DNA of 64,000 bases. It comes from Acidobacteriota bacterium (lineage in GTDB: Bacteria > Acidobacteriota > UBA6911 > RPQK01 > JAJDTT01). A model generated the notes under the pieces. The model did not search any database. It saw nothing but the letters and a program-made list of their open reading frames with translations, and had not been told where the DNA came from. The position numbers were made by a program, and so were the translations under genes. Positions within the stretch are counted from its first letter, which is position 1. Each line of letters begins with the position of its first letter. This document shows, piece by piece, positions 40,799 to 48,392 of the stretch. Location: positions 4,480,001 through 4,544,000 of the forward strand of contig CBDCJH010000002.1 of the NCBI GenBank assembly GCA_965217775.1. Reading direction: 5' to 3'.

Positions 40799-40932
40799 TT
40801 CCTCGGATTGTACTCCACCGAGATCGCACTCGTTCTCCTTGCCATTCCTGCCCGTTGTCAATGGCCATCGAAAAAAATGTCAGGGTACGGCCGCTGTCAT
40901 CGAATCGAATCGGCCACCGTCACTTTCTTCCG

Positions 40933-41230
40933 CGCGTCCAGGACGTGAGCGTGTTTTTCGGCGAGCTCGATCTGGATCAGGATCCTGAACCCCTCGCGGC
41001 GGTGGACCAGTCCGCTATCTGTACTCCATACAGTCGTGTTGCTGGATCGAGCTTACCAGCCCGTGGCAAAAGTCATCACGGCATTCGACCGTCCCTGCAT
41101 CCCGGCGGACGGCGTTGCGATTCGGGCACATACTCCCGGTATGTACCCGAATCGCGCCTTGTCCGGCGGGCGCAGGAACGGTCTCGGTGCTCGCGGGACT
41201 TTCACCACGGACTGCTACGAATCGGCGTGA
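40933..41230 (+). pseudogene. Decayed, internally deleted duplicate of the glcF 3' end, interrupted by a MITE
   Basis: 40933-41000 aligns with 39432-39500; 41001-41055 with 39781-39835; 41216-41230 with the glcF stop region. Confidence 0.8.
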
Positions 41231-41596
41231 CTCAACGCCCGCATCGGATCCTTTTGCGGCCAGAGTGAGTGGTTTTCGGAGGCAAAAGAAGAAATGTGAC
41301 GTTACGGAGCCGCGTCCAGTCCCGACGAAGAACTCCTGCAGCACGTCGAGGGTCCCCTCGATCCGGCCCATGCGGTCCCGCAGGTCGCTGGTCTGCGACT
41401 CTAAGCCGTGGATTCTCGCGGCCAAGCGAGACTCCACGCCTTCAATTCTCCCGGTCAGGCGAGACTCCATCCGGTCCATCCGGGACCCGAATCGGGATTC
41501 CATCTCCACGCGCTGGTTGCGAATCGTGCGGGCCGTGAAAAGGAACCCCAAGATCACAATTGCGGGCGTGATCCACTGGGCTAGTTCACTCGGCAT
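41015..41596 (-). CDS. Paralogue of 39915..40301 that has lost its stop codon (reads through into the MITE; possibly a pseudogene)
   Basis: MPSELAQWITPAIVILGFLF...MGRIEG; the TGA of copy 1 is TCA here (~41297-41299). Confidence 0.6.
   Translation of the reverse strand: MPSELAQWITPAIVILGFLFTARTIRNQRVEMESRFGSRMDRMESRLTGRIEGVESRLAARIHGLESQTSDLRDRMGRIEGTLDVLQEFFVGTGRGSVTSHFFFCLRKPLTLAAKGSDAGVESRRFVAVRGESPASTETVPAPAGQGAIRVHTGSMCPNRNAVRRDAGTVECRDDFCHGLVSSIQQHDCMEYR
41056..41215 (-). mobile_element. 160-bp MITE, copy 2
   Basis: Reverse complement of 35829-35988. The empty site GAGCTTACGAATC at ~39829-39841 becomes GAGCT-TA-[element]-TA-CGAATC. Confidence 0.9.
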
Positions 41597-41852
41597 CGGT
41601 TCCTCGTGAGAAGGGAACAGTCATTGTATTTCGCGCCGGGAACTTGTCCGGAGTCCAACGTTGAAAATCTCCTTACTCCCTGTCCCTCATTAGACTATAA
41701 CGCTTCAACCACGGAATCTGCGCTGATGCCGGCCAAAACAACGCCGATCCGGAGGTTGGACTTTCTTGAACGTCGAACGAATAGGGGACAGTCCCTTTCT
41801 TCCTCTTGGTATCATCCAATGGCGCTAACCCAACACGCAGAGGAGTACCGTC

Positions 41853-43076
41853 ATGACAAGCTACGTCCTTCTGAAAGATGCCAATGCGGGACGGCGGCGA
41901 AGCTGGTTCGAAGGTTCGCAGAGCGTGGGCGGAGTGCCGTCTTACGGCGGGATGTCGACGATGTCCGGGGACATGCCGCCCGAACCGGAAGTGAGCGTGG
42001 AAAACCTGGAGCCACAAGACCTGCGGGAAGCGACACGTGACCCAGGGATTCTGGATTTGGCGCGGACCATGCCGACACGTTTGATTGCACCGATGGCCTC
42101 GGACACAGCGGCAACGAAAGGGCCGACTTGGGGGATTCAGGCCGTAGGGGCTGACAAGAGCCCCGCCGATGGCCGGGACGTTCTGGTCTGCGTTCTGGAC
42201 ACCGGCATTGACGCCGATCATCAGGCCTTTACGGGGGTGGATCTGGTGCAGCGGGATTTCACTGGAACGGGTAATGGCGATGTGCAGGGGCACGGCACCC
42301 ATTGTGCGGGCACGATGTTCGGACGGGACGTGGACGGCACGCGAATCGGCGTGGCGCCGGGAGTGAGCCGAGCACTGATCGGCAAGGTATTGGGCAATAA
42401 GGGCAATGGCGAATCGGACAGGCTGTTCAACGCAATATTGTGGGCTTCGTCGTTGAATGCAAAGGTTCTCTCGATGTCACTCGGCTTCGATTTCCCCGGT
42501 CTGAGCAAGAAGCTGGCCGATAGGGGATACCCGGTGGATCTGGCGACCTCCATCGCGCTGGAGGGATATAGGGCCAATCTGCGGGTATTTGACAACCTGA
42601 TGGACTTGATTGCCAGTAAGGCAGCATTCAATGGCGGAATGGTCATCGTTGCGGCCTCGGGAAACGAGAGCAAGCGCCAGAAGAATCCGAAGTATGAGGT
42701 CAGCGCTTCGGTACCGGCAGCAGCCAAGGGAATCGTATCGGTGGGAGCACTCGGGGAAGCCGGCGACGGCTTGAACGTGGCGGATTTTTCCAACACCAAC
42801 CCGCTGCTGAGCGCCCCCGGGGTCAATGTGGTGTCGGCGAAAGCCGGAGGCGGACTGGTAGCGTTCCAAGGGACTTCCATGGCCTGTCCCCATGCGGCCG
42901 GTGTCGCGGCTCTGTGGTGGCAGAGAGTGAAGGAGGAAGCCAGCATACCGGCAACCGCGAGCGCGGTGGTGACCCGCATGCGCGCCACCTGCCGGACCGA
43001 TGTATTCCGTGCCGGTGTCGACATGCTGGACCGCGGCGACGGGCTGATCCAGGCGCCTGTTGCATCGGGTGCCTGA
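41853..43076 (+). CDS. S8 subtilisin-family serine peptidase
   Basis: Catalytic LDTG, HGTHCAG, oxyanion AASGNES, GTSMACPHAAG; GAGGAG RBS; no clear signal peptide. Confidence 0.92.
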   Translation: MTSYVLLKDANAGRRRSWFEGSQSVGGVPSYGGMSTMSGDMPPEPEVSVENLEPQDLREATRDPGILDLARTMPTRLIAPMASDTAATKGPTWGIQAVGADKSPADGRDVLVCVLDTGIDADHQAFTGVDLVQRDFTGTGNGDVQGHGTHCAGTMFGRDVDGTRIGVAPGVSRALIGKVLGNKGNGESDRLFNAILWASSLNAKVLSMSLGFDFPGLSKKLADRGYPVDLATSIALEGYRANLRVFDNLMDLIASKAAFNGGMVIVAASGNESKRQKNPKYEVSASVPAAAKGIVSVGALGEAGDGLNVADFSNTNPLLSAPGVNVVSAKAGGGLVAFQGTSMACPHAAGVAALWWQRVKEEASIPATASAVVTRMRATCRTDVFRAGVDMLDRGDGLIQAPVASGA

Positions 43077-43165
43077 GCGTACGCCCGTCTAAACCCTGCT
43101 CCCGAGACGCGTAATAGTTCACGGAACAGAGAAGGGAACAGGCACCCTCTTCCCCGCTCCTCCCA

Positions 43166-43300
43166 TGTTTGAAGCCGTCGAAGAAGTCCGCTAGAACGTC
43201 GACGGTCTTGTCTTTTCCGAAGGCGAAATTCTTGTGCAACGAGAGATCCACAAGGGGAATACCGTCGTAGCGCAGCCGATCGGGGACGCCGTTGACCAAG
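43166..43300 (-). pseudogene. Decayed fragment of the TonB-dependent receptor C-terminus
   Basis: Translates NGVPDRLRYDGIPLVDLSLHKNFAFGKDKTVDVLADFFDGFKH, versus NGAPYPLRYDGVPVVDLSLHKNFAMGEDKTFDVRADFFNAFNH at 44270-44404. Confidence 0.85.
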
Positions 43301-43407
43301 AAACCGAGAAGGGGAGAGTCACCTTTTTCCGCGTCGCGCAGCCTCACAAGACTGGAGAGGACGCCGTTTCCCCGATCTGCGAGCTCCGCGCATGCGGTTG
43401 ATCGAAG

Positions 43408-43671
43408 TCAACAAGGGGGTCCTGGGCTGACTCCAATCCGAATCCCCAGACTCCCCTTGATATGGCCCATATCGATCTCCACGTTACGGAGCCTCTCATC
43501 AATTTTTTGAATTCTGTGGTCAATGCTATTGAGATACCATCCGCCCGCACCCAGCAAAAGAAGAAGTAAAACCCGGAAAATCCAGTTCACATTCAATCCC
43601 CCATTGGTTTCCCGGTGAGAAGAAAAATCCATCTTCTCTAAGTCCGGATCCTTCGGGAGTTTAGCTTTCAT
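43408..43671 (-). CDS. Small TM + coiled-coil protein (87 aa)
   Basis: TM WIFRVLLLLLLGAGGWYL, then IDERLRNVEIDMGHIKG; AT-richer than its surroundings. Confidence 0.6.
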   Translation of the reverse strand: MKAKLPKDPDLEKMDFSSHRETNGGLNVNWIFRVLLLLLLGAGGWYLNSIDHRIQKIDERLRNVEIDMGHIKGSLGIRIGVSPGPPC

Positions 43672-43681
43672 CGTTGTCCCC

Positions 43682-43879
43682 CTACTCTCCGTTCCGCAAT
43701 ATTGGAGGAGCCTTGGTGAATCCCTCGAAGAGCCCCTCCAATCGGGCCATCCGCTCGCGCAGGTCTGCGATGTCCTTACGAATATCCGAAATCTCACGCC
43801 GCATGGACCATTGACCGGGAACGAGGGCGCCAGCGGGCGCGATTGTGGCCACGATGATTCCGATGAGATCCGAACTCAT
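43682..43879 (-). CDS. Small TM + coiled-coil protein (65 aa)
   Basis: Hydrophobic N-terminus, then ISDIRKDIADLRERMARLEG; AAGGA RBS. Confidence 0.65.
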   Translation of the reverse strand: MSSDLIGIIVATIAPAGALVPGQWSMRREISDIRKDIADLRERMARLEGLFEGFTKAPPILRNGE

Positions 43880-44101
43880 GAATCCTTCCGACTACGGTTT
43901 GCCCTCGGCGGGTCAAAGTATCGAAACCCTACCACGACCGTGTCTGCCGGGAATACGGGCTGGTGCCGGTCTCCCGGCAAGCCCCGGCAGGTTCCTTCAG
44001 AGCCATGTGACCCGCTCCGAGTATGGCCACCGTCCCCTCAATTGATTCGGTCCCTCTATGACTGTAACGCTTCAGTCACGGAATCTGCGTGGACACCGGA
44101 C

Positions 44102-44134
44102 AAAAAAAAGGGCCAGCCCGAGGGCTGGCCCTTT
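44102..44134 (-). terminator. Rho-independent terminator of TonB receptor 1
   Basis: AAAAAAAAGGGCCAGCCC-GA-GGGCTGGCCCTTTT. Confidence 0.85.
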
Positions 44135-44160
44135 TGGAACGCTCGATTGCGCTTGGATCG

Positions 44161-47100
44161 CTAGAACGAGAAGCGGAATCCAATCTGAATCTGCCGCGCC
44201 GTCGCCGCCGAGGTTACCCGGCCAACGCCACCACTGGCATGGTTGCCGTTGGGTGCGTTGAAGATGGCGTGGTTGAAGGCGTTGAAGAAGTCCGCCCGGA
44301 CGTCGAAGGTCTTGTCTTCTCCCATGGCGAAATTCTTGTGCAGTGAGAGGTCCACGACGGGAACTCCGTCGTACCGCAGCGGATAGGGGGCTCCGTTACC
44401 CAGGGACCGCCTTGCCGCCTCGTGGCAGAAGTTGGCACCGCCGCAAAGCGACGTGTCCATGATCCGCTGGCCAGGCACACTCGGGTTCTCGATGCCGGGG
44501 GCCGTGAAGGCGCTCGTGTCATACCACCGCTCCACCGTGGCTCCGCCGCCCAAGGCCCCGTCCTTGATCCGGTCGGTGTACCGGCGCGAACGTCCGCCCT
44601 GGTTCCACAGATCGGTGCTGTAGTAGACGCGGAAGGGGGCTCCCGTAGTGAGAGTGGTGATGCTGGTGAGCTCCCAACCGCCCAGCAGGGACTTGGTGAC
44701 CCCGCCGGCGTTCCGGAAGAAAGGCAGCTCCCAGATGGCGGACATGTAGTAGGTGCTGGAGCGGTCGTGCTGCATGGGCGCCCGCAGGGCGTGGCGCTCG
44801 TAGTCACGCGACCCGGACCAGTCTCCCCAGTTGCCGTTGTAGTTCATGGCCATGGCCTTGGACCAGGTGTAACCCATGGAAAGGGCGATACCGTCGCTGA
44901 AGCGGCGCTCCAACTTGGTCTGCAGGGAGTTGTAGTTCATGCTCCCGTGCGGCCGCAGCATGGTGTTGGGAATGACCTGGGGATAAGGCCGCCGGGCCAA
45001 CTGCCCATTCCATTCACGCCCGACCTCGCCACGAGTCTCGGCCGGAATCCACTCGCGAGGCCCGGCCGTGATGGGGTCGCTGGTCAAGGTCGCGGTGCCG
45101 CCACCGATGAGAGGCACCACATACCCTTCCGGCATGGCGACGTTGAAGGGGCTGATCTCGCGGATGTGACGCCCCTGGTTGCCAACATAACCGATTTCCC
45201 ACTTGGTCCCCTGGAACAGCTCGTGCTGAATCATGAGGTTGTAGGAAAAGACTTGGCCTTCCTGCCAATCCAATTCGGAGAAGTAGCAGGTGCGGTAGTT
45301 GCTGTTGACCCGAATGCCATCCGCGTTGATCGCACCCGTATCCCGGGGCAGGTTGAGCCGTATGCCGCTGATGAGGGAGGGGACTGCCTCTCCTCGTACG
45401 GCCGGCAGGTTGATGACGCCGACGTTGGGCCGCATGACCCGGGCGCGGAGAATTCCGAACTCCTGGTCATAGGTCAGGCCCGCACCGGCGCGGAGCACCG
45501 TCCGGTTGGTCCCGAACATGCGCCAGGCCAGACCGAGCCGAGGCGCGAAGTAGCGCCACTTGGCCTTGTAACAACCGCGGTGAGGCAGGTTGGCGAAGGG
45601 AACGGCGATTCCGACGGCTCCCTGCCACTGGGCGATGTCGAAATCCTTCGGCATCATCTCTACCGGATCGATCCGGTTGGTGGCCTGGGTGTAGTCGTAG
45701 CTACAGTAGTAGTAGTCCCTGGTATAGGACCCGTTCGGGTGCCCCTCGTAGAAGGGCGGCCGCGGCTGCTCCCAGCGAAGACCCATGTTCAGGGTCAGGT
45801 TCGGACCCACCTTCCAGTCGTCGTTGATGAACCAGTTGTAATGGCTTTGGTTGAAGTGGCCCGTGTTCTCGCCGATGCCCAGCACGTTGCCGAAGACCGA
45901 GGAGGGCGTTCCCAGCATGAAATCGGCCCAGCCCTCGCCCTCGCTGACGCCCGCGAAGCTTCCGTCCGGGTTGTACTGGAGCTGGCCCGTCGAAAAGCCG
46001 TTGAAGCTGTCGCCACCGGCCGCATAGGGCGGAATCCAGTAGTAGTGGACATCCAGGTTCCGAACGTGCTCGATGCCGAACTTCAGGTAGTGGTCTCCCT
46101 TTCTCCAGGAGGCCGTGTACTTGAAGCCCAGGCCCCAGTCCGCAAGCGGCGATTCGGTGGCGCCGCCCCAACCGGTGTAGCCGGAGGGGCTCAGGCGGGG
46201 CATGTTGGCGCCGCCGCGGTTGCCGTTGGGCAGATAAACTTCCCAGTTCTGGCCGTCGTCGAATCCCAGAACCCGAGGCCAGTTGGTGTCCTCGATGGGC
46301 CGTGAGATGAGCCAGGTGAACTTCCAGATGGACTGGGTGTACTCGGTCACCAGGTTGGATCCGATGGGGTTCACCCAACTGATGCCGATCTGGTAGCCGC
46401 GGGACCGGTCCTGGAACTGGCGGTAGATGCCGTCCTGGTTGGCGCCGGGGACCCCCCACCTCCCGGTATGGGTAAAGGCGGGCGACCGCTGCCAACTGTA
46501 ACGTCCGAAGATGTTGTCGTCGTTGGAGAACTGGTGGTCGACGCGGAACGAGTACTTGTCGATCTTGGTGTTGGTGGCCCGGGGATAGGCGTAGTTGCTG
46601 GTGAGCTCACCCGCCTGATTGGGTGCCGGCGGGGGCATCAACTCCATCACCTTCTTGTAGACCGCACCCTGCATGCTGGCCGGGATCTGGTTGTTGGGGA
46701 AAGCAGCCCGCATTCCCGTTGCGTCCTCTTGGCTTCCGCTGAAGTCGAACGGATTGTAGAGCTGATTGATGGGCCCCTTGGCGCCCGATCCCGAAAAGTC
46801 GCCCTGAGTGATGGCCGTGGAAGGCGCGGTAGCGAAGCCGGCCGTCTGCAGGTTGTCGATGAACTTCTCGTAATGGCCGTGGAAGAAGGTCTTGTCCTTG
46901 AGGACGGGACCACCGATGGAGCCGCCGCCGATGTGGTAGTCCACCGGCAGTTTCTTCAGCCCCGACCGGTTCTGGAAGAAGTTGGCCGCATCCAGAGTCT
47001 CATCCCGGAAGTAGTACCAGGCATGGCCGTGGAACTCGTTGCTCCCGCTCTTGGAGAGCATGGTGATGACTGCCCCGCCCACGCGGCCGTACTCGGCCGA

Positions 47101-47808
47101 GTAGTTGTTGGTGATCACCTTGAACTCCTGCACCGTCTCCGGAGTCGGCTGCACCGTGGGCCGCTGCGTGATGTAGCCCATGTTGTTGGAACCGTCCAAC
47201 TGGATCTGGTTGGAGTGGGAATAGAGGCCGTTGAAGGTGGGGTAGCCGCCGCCGTAGGCGTAGAGGGCCGTGTAGCCGACCTCCTGCCGCTCCTGCGTTC
47301 CGCCCGTGGTCAGGTAGGCCAGCTTCACCATGTCGCGGCCCGCCAGAGGAAGATCCAGGATCTTCTTCTCTTCGATGACCGCCGCCACCTCGGCATTGTC
47401 GGTGTCGATGATGGTGGACTGTCCGGTGACCGTCACCTGCTCGGAGATGTCGCCGGGGGACATGGTGAGATCGATGCGGGATACCGTCTGAACCTCCAGA
47501 CGGACCCCCAGGGAGCGGGCCGTCTTGAAGCCGGGCAACTCCGCCGAAATGTCATAGAAACCGGGGATCAACTTGTCGATGACGTAGTCACCGCGGTCGT
47601 TGGTCACCGCCATGTGCGGCACGTTGGTCGCCGTGGCCGTGGCCGTGACTTCCACCCCGGGCACCACCGCTCCGGTCTGGTCCTTGACGGTACCCAGCAA
47701 CCGGGAAAAGGTGGCAGCTTGCCCGTAGGCCAGCGGCGCCGCCAGCGCATGAACGACGAGCACCAGGGCCGCCGTCGCCAACCATAGAGACTTGTTCTTG
47801 TAGCTCAT
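44161..47808 (-). CDS. TonB-dependent receptor (Oar-like, carboxypeptidase regulatory-like N-terminus), paralogue 1
   Basis: GTVKDQTGAVVPG, VQEFKVITNNYSAEYGR, FAPRLGLAW, C-terminal ARQIQIGFRFSF. Confidence 0.93.
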   Translation of the reverse strand: MSYKNKSLWLATAALVLVVHALAAPLAYGQAATFSRLLGTVKDQTGAVVPGVEVTATATATNVPHMAVTNDRGDYVIDKLIPGFYDISAELPGFKTARSLGVRLEVQTVSRIDLTMSPGDISEQVTVTGQSTIIDTDNAEVAAVIEEKKILDLPLAGRDMVKLAYLTTGGTQERQEVGYTALYAYGGGYPTFNGLYSHSNQIQLDGSNNMGYITQRPTVQPTPETVQEFKVITNNYSAEYGRVGGAVITMLSKSGSNEFHGHAWYYFRDETLDAANFFQNRSGLKKLPVDYHIGGGSIGGPVLKDKTFFHGHYEKFIDNLQTAGFATAPSTAITQGDFSGSGAKGPINQLYNPFDFSGSQEDATGMRAAFPNNQIPASMQGAVYKKVMELMPPPAPNQAGELTSNYAYPRATNTKIDKYSFRVDHQFSNDDNIFGRYSWQRSPAFTHTGRWGVPGANQDGIYRQFQDRSRGYQIGISWVNPIGSNLVTEYTQSIWKFTWLISRPIEDTNWPRVLGFDDGQNWEVYLPNGNRGGANMPRLSPSGYTGWGGATESPLADWGLGFKYTASWRKGDHYLKFGIEHVRNLDVHYYWIPPYAAGGDSFNGFSTGQLQYNPDGSFAGVSEGEGWADFMLGTPSSVFGNVLGIGENTGHFNQSHYNWFINDDWKVGPNLTLNMGLRWEQPRPPFYEGHPNGSYTRDYYYCSYDYTQATNRIDPVEMMPKDFDIAQWQGAVGIAVPFANLPHRGCYKAKWRYFAPRLGLAWRMFGTNRTVLRAGAGLTYDQEFGILRARVMRPNVGVINLPAVRGEAVPSLISGIRLNLPRDTGAINADGIRVNSNYRTCYFSELDWQEGQVFSYNLMIQHELFQGTKWEIGYVGNQGRHIREISPFNVAMPEGYVVPLIGGGTATLTSDPITAGPREWIPAETRGEVGREWNGQLARRPYPQVIPNTMLRPHGSMNYNSLQTKLERRFSDGIALSMGYTWSKAMAMNYNGNWGDWSGSRDYERHALRAPMQHDRSSTYYMSAIWELPFFRNAGGVTKSLLGGWELTSITTLTTGAPFRVYYSTDLWNQGGRSRRYTDRIKDGALGGGATVERWYDTSAFTAPGIENPSVPGQRIMDTSLCGGANFCHEAARRSLGNGAPYPLRYDGVPVVDLSLHKNFAMGEDKTFDVRADFFNAFNHAIFNAPNGNHASGGVGRVTSAATARQIQIGFRFSF

Positions 47809-47911
47809 TTCCGCCTTACCTCCTCGAAAAGCTACCCATAGTTACGCGTTCCCGGCCATTACGACCGTCCGCATGAAACAAAAAATTGATCTACGCCTAC
47901 ACGTCCGGGCT

Positions 47912-47940
47912 CTTTTAGCCGATTCGATTCGGCGCGTCAA
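47912..47940 (-). promoter_or_regulatory. Possible sigma70 promoter for receptor 1
   Basis: TTGACG-17 bp-TAAAAG, with AATCGAATC in the spacer (also upstream of receptor 2). Confidence 0.4.
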
Positions 47941-48019
47941 CAAAAAAATTCGCCTGCTCCAGGGAACCGACCCTTTTGGATGCAGGCTGAATCCGTTCCT
48001 CGGACTCGTGTGCTAACTA

Positions 48020-48035
48020 AGCAACTTGGGTGCCA
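48020..48035 (-). promoter_or_regulatory. Sigma54 (-24/-12) promoter upstream of receptor 1
   Basis: TGGCAC-CCAAG-TTGCT on the minus strand; upstream is an AT-rich tract with an IHF-like TATCAACGTTTTT. Confidence 0.7.
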
Positions 48036-48333
48036 AGATCTTAAACAACATAGAAAAAACGTTGATATGAAGGGATTTATTAAGTTCGTCCAGAATATCT
48101 TCCAAGTCCGATTCTCCAACGATTTGAACCGACCCGGTAGACTCGGGCCAAAAAAGTGAATCGTGGAATTTTCGGACTGGAGAGGCTGCGATGCCGCCGT
48201 GGCGTTCGGGAATCGAATCCGAGGTCGCTTGGTTGACGTGCAGTTGAGAACGGGCGAACACAAGGGTCGTCCCTACGAAAAACTCTTCGTCCATCGGGGA
48301 ATGAGGATTGGGGGACAAGAATGTCCCCCTACT

Positions 48334-48367
48334 AAAAAGGGGCTAGCCCGCCGGGCTGGCCCCTTTT
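48334..48367 (-). terminator. Rho-independent terminator of TonB receptor 2
   Basis: AAAAAGGGGCTAGCCC-GCC-GGGCTGGCCCCTTTT. Confidence 0.8.
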
Positions 48368-48392
48368 GGAACGCTGACTGCTGCTTGGACCG

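Larger units (their letters stand above)
40313..43330 (+). repeat. Array of seven co-oriented 25-bp semi-palindromic sites (S1-S7)
   Basis: 40313 GAGAAGGGAACAGTCACCGTATTCC; 40508 GAATAGGGGGCAGTCACTTTCTTCC; 40907 GAATCGGCCACCGTCACTTTCTTCC; 41608 GAGAAGGGAACAGTCATTGTATTTC; 41779 GAATAGGGGACAGTCCCTTTCTTCC; 43129 GAGAAGGGAACAGGCACCCTCTTCC; 43306 GAGAAGGGGAGAGTCACCTTTTTCC. Confidence 0.8.

Noticed and set aside
40313-43330. Classical integron attC array
   Set aside because: The sites are only 25 bp, lack attC R boxes and long hairpins, and no intI is visible.
43166-44404. DGR template/variable repeat pair (receptor fragment versus receptor C-terminus)
   Set aside because: The mismatches are not restricted to adenines, and there is no reverse transcriptase in the window.
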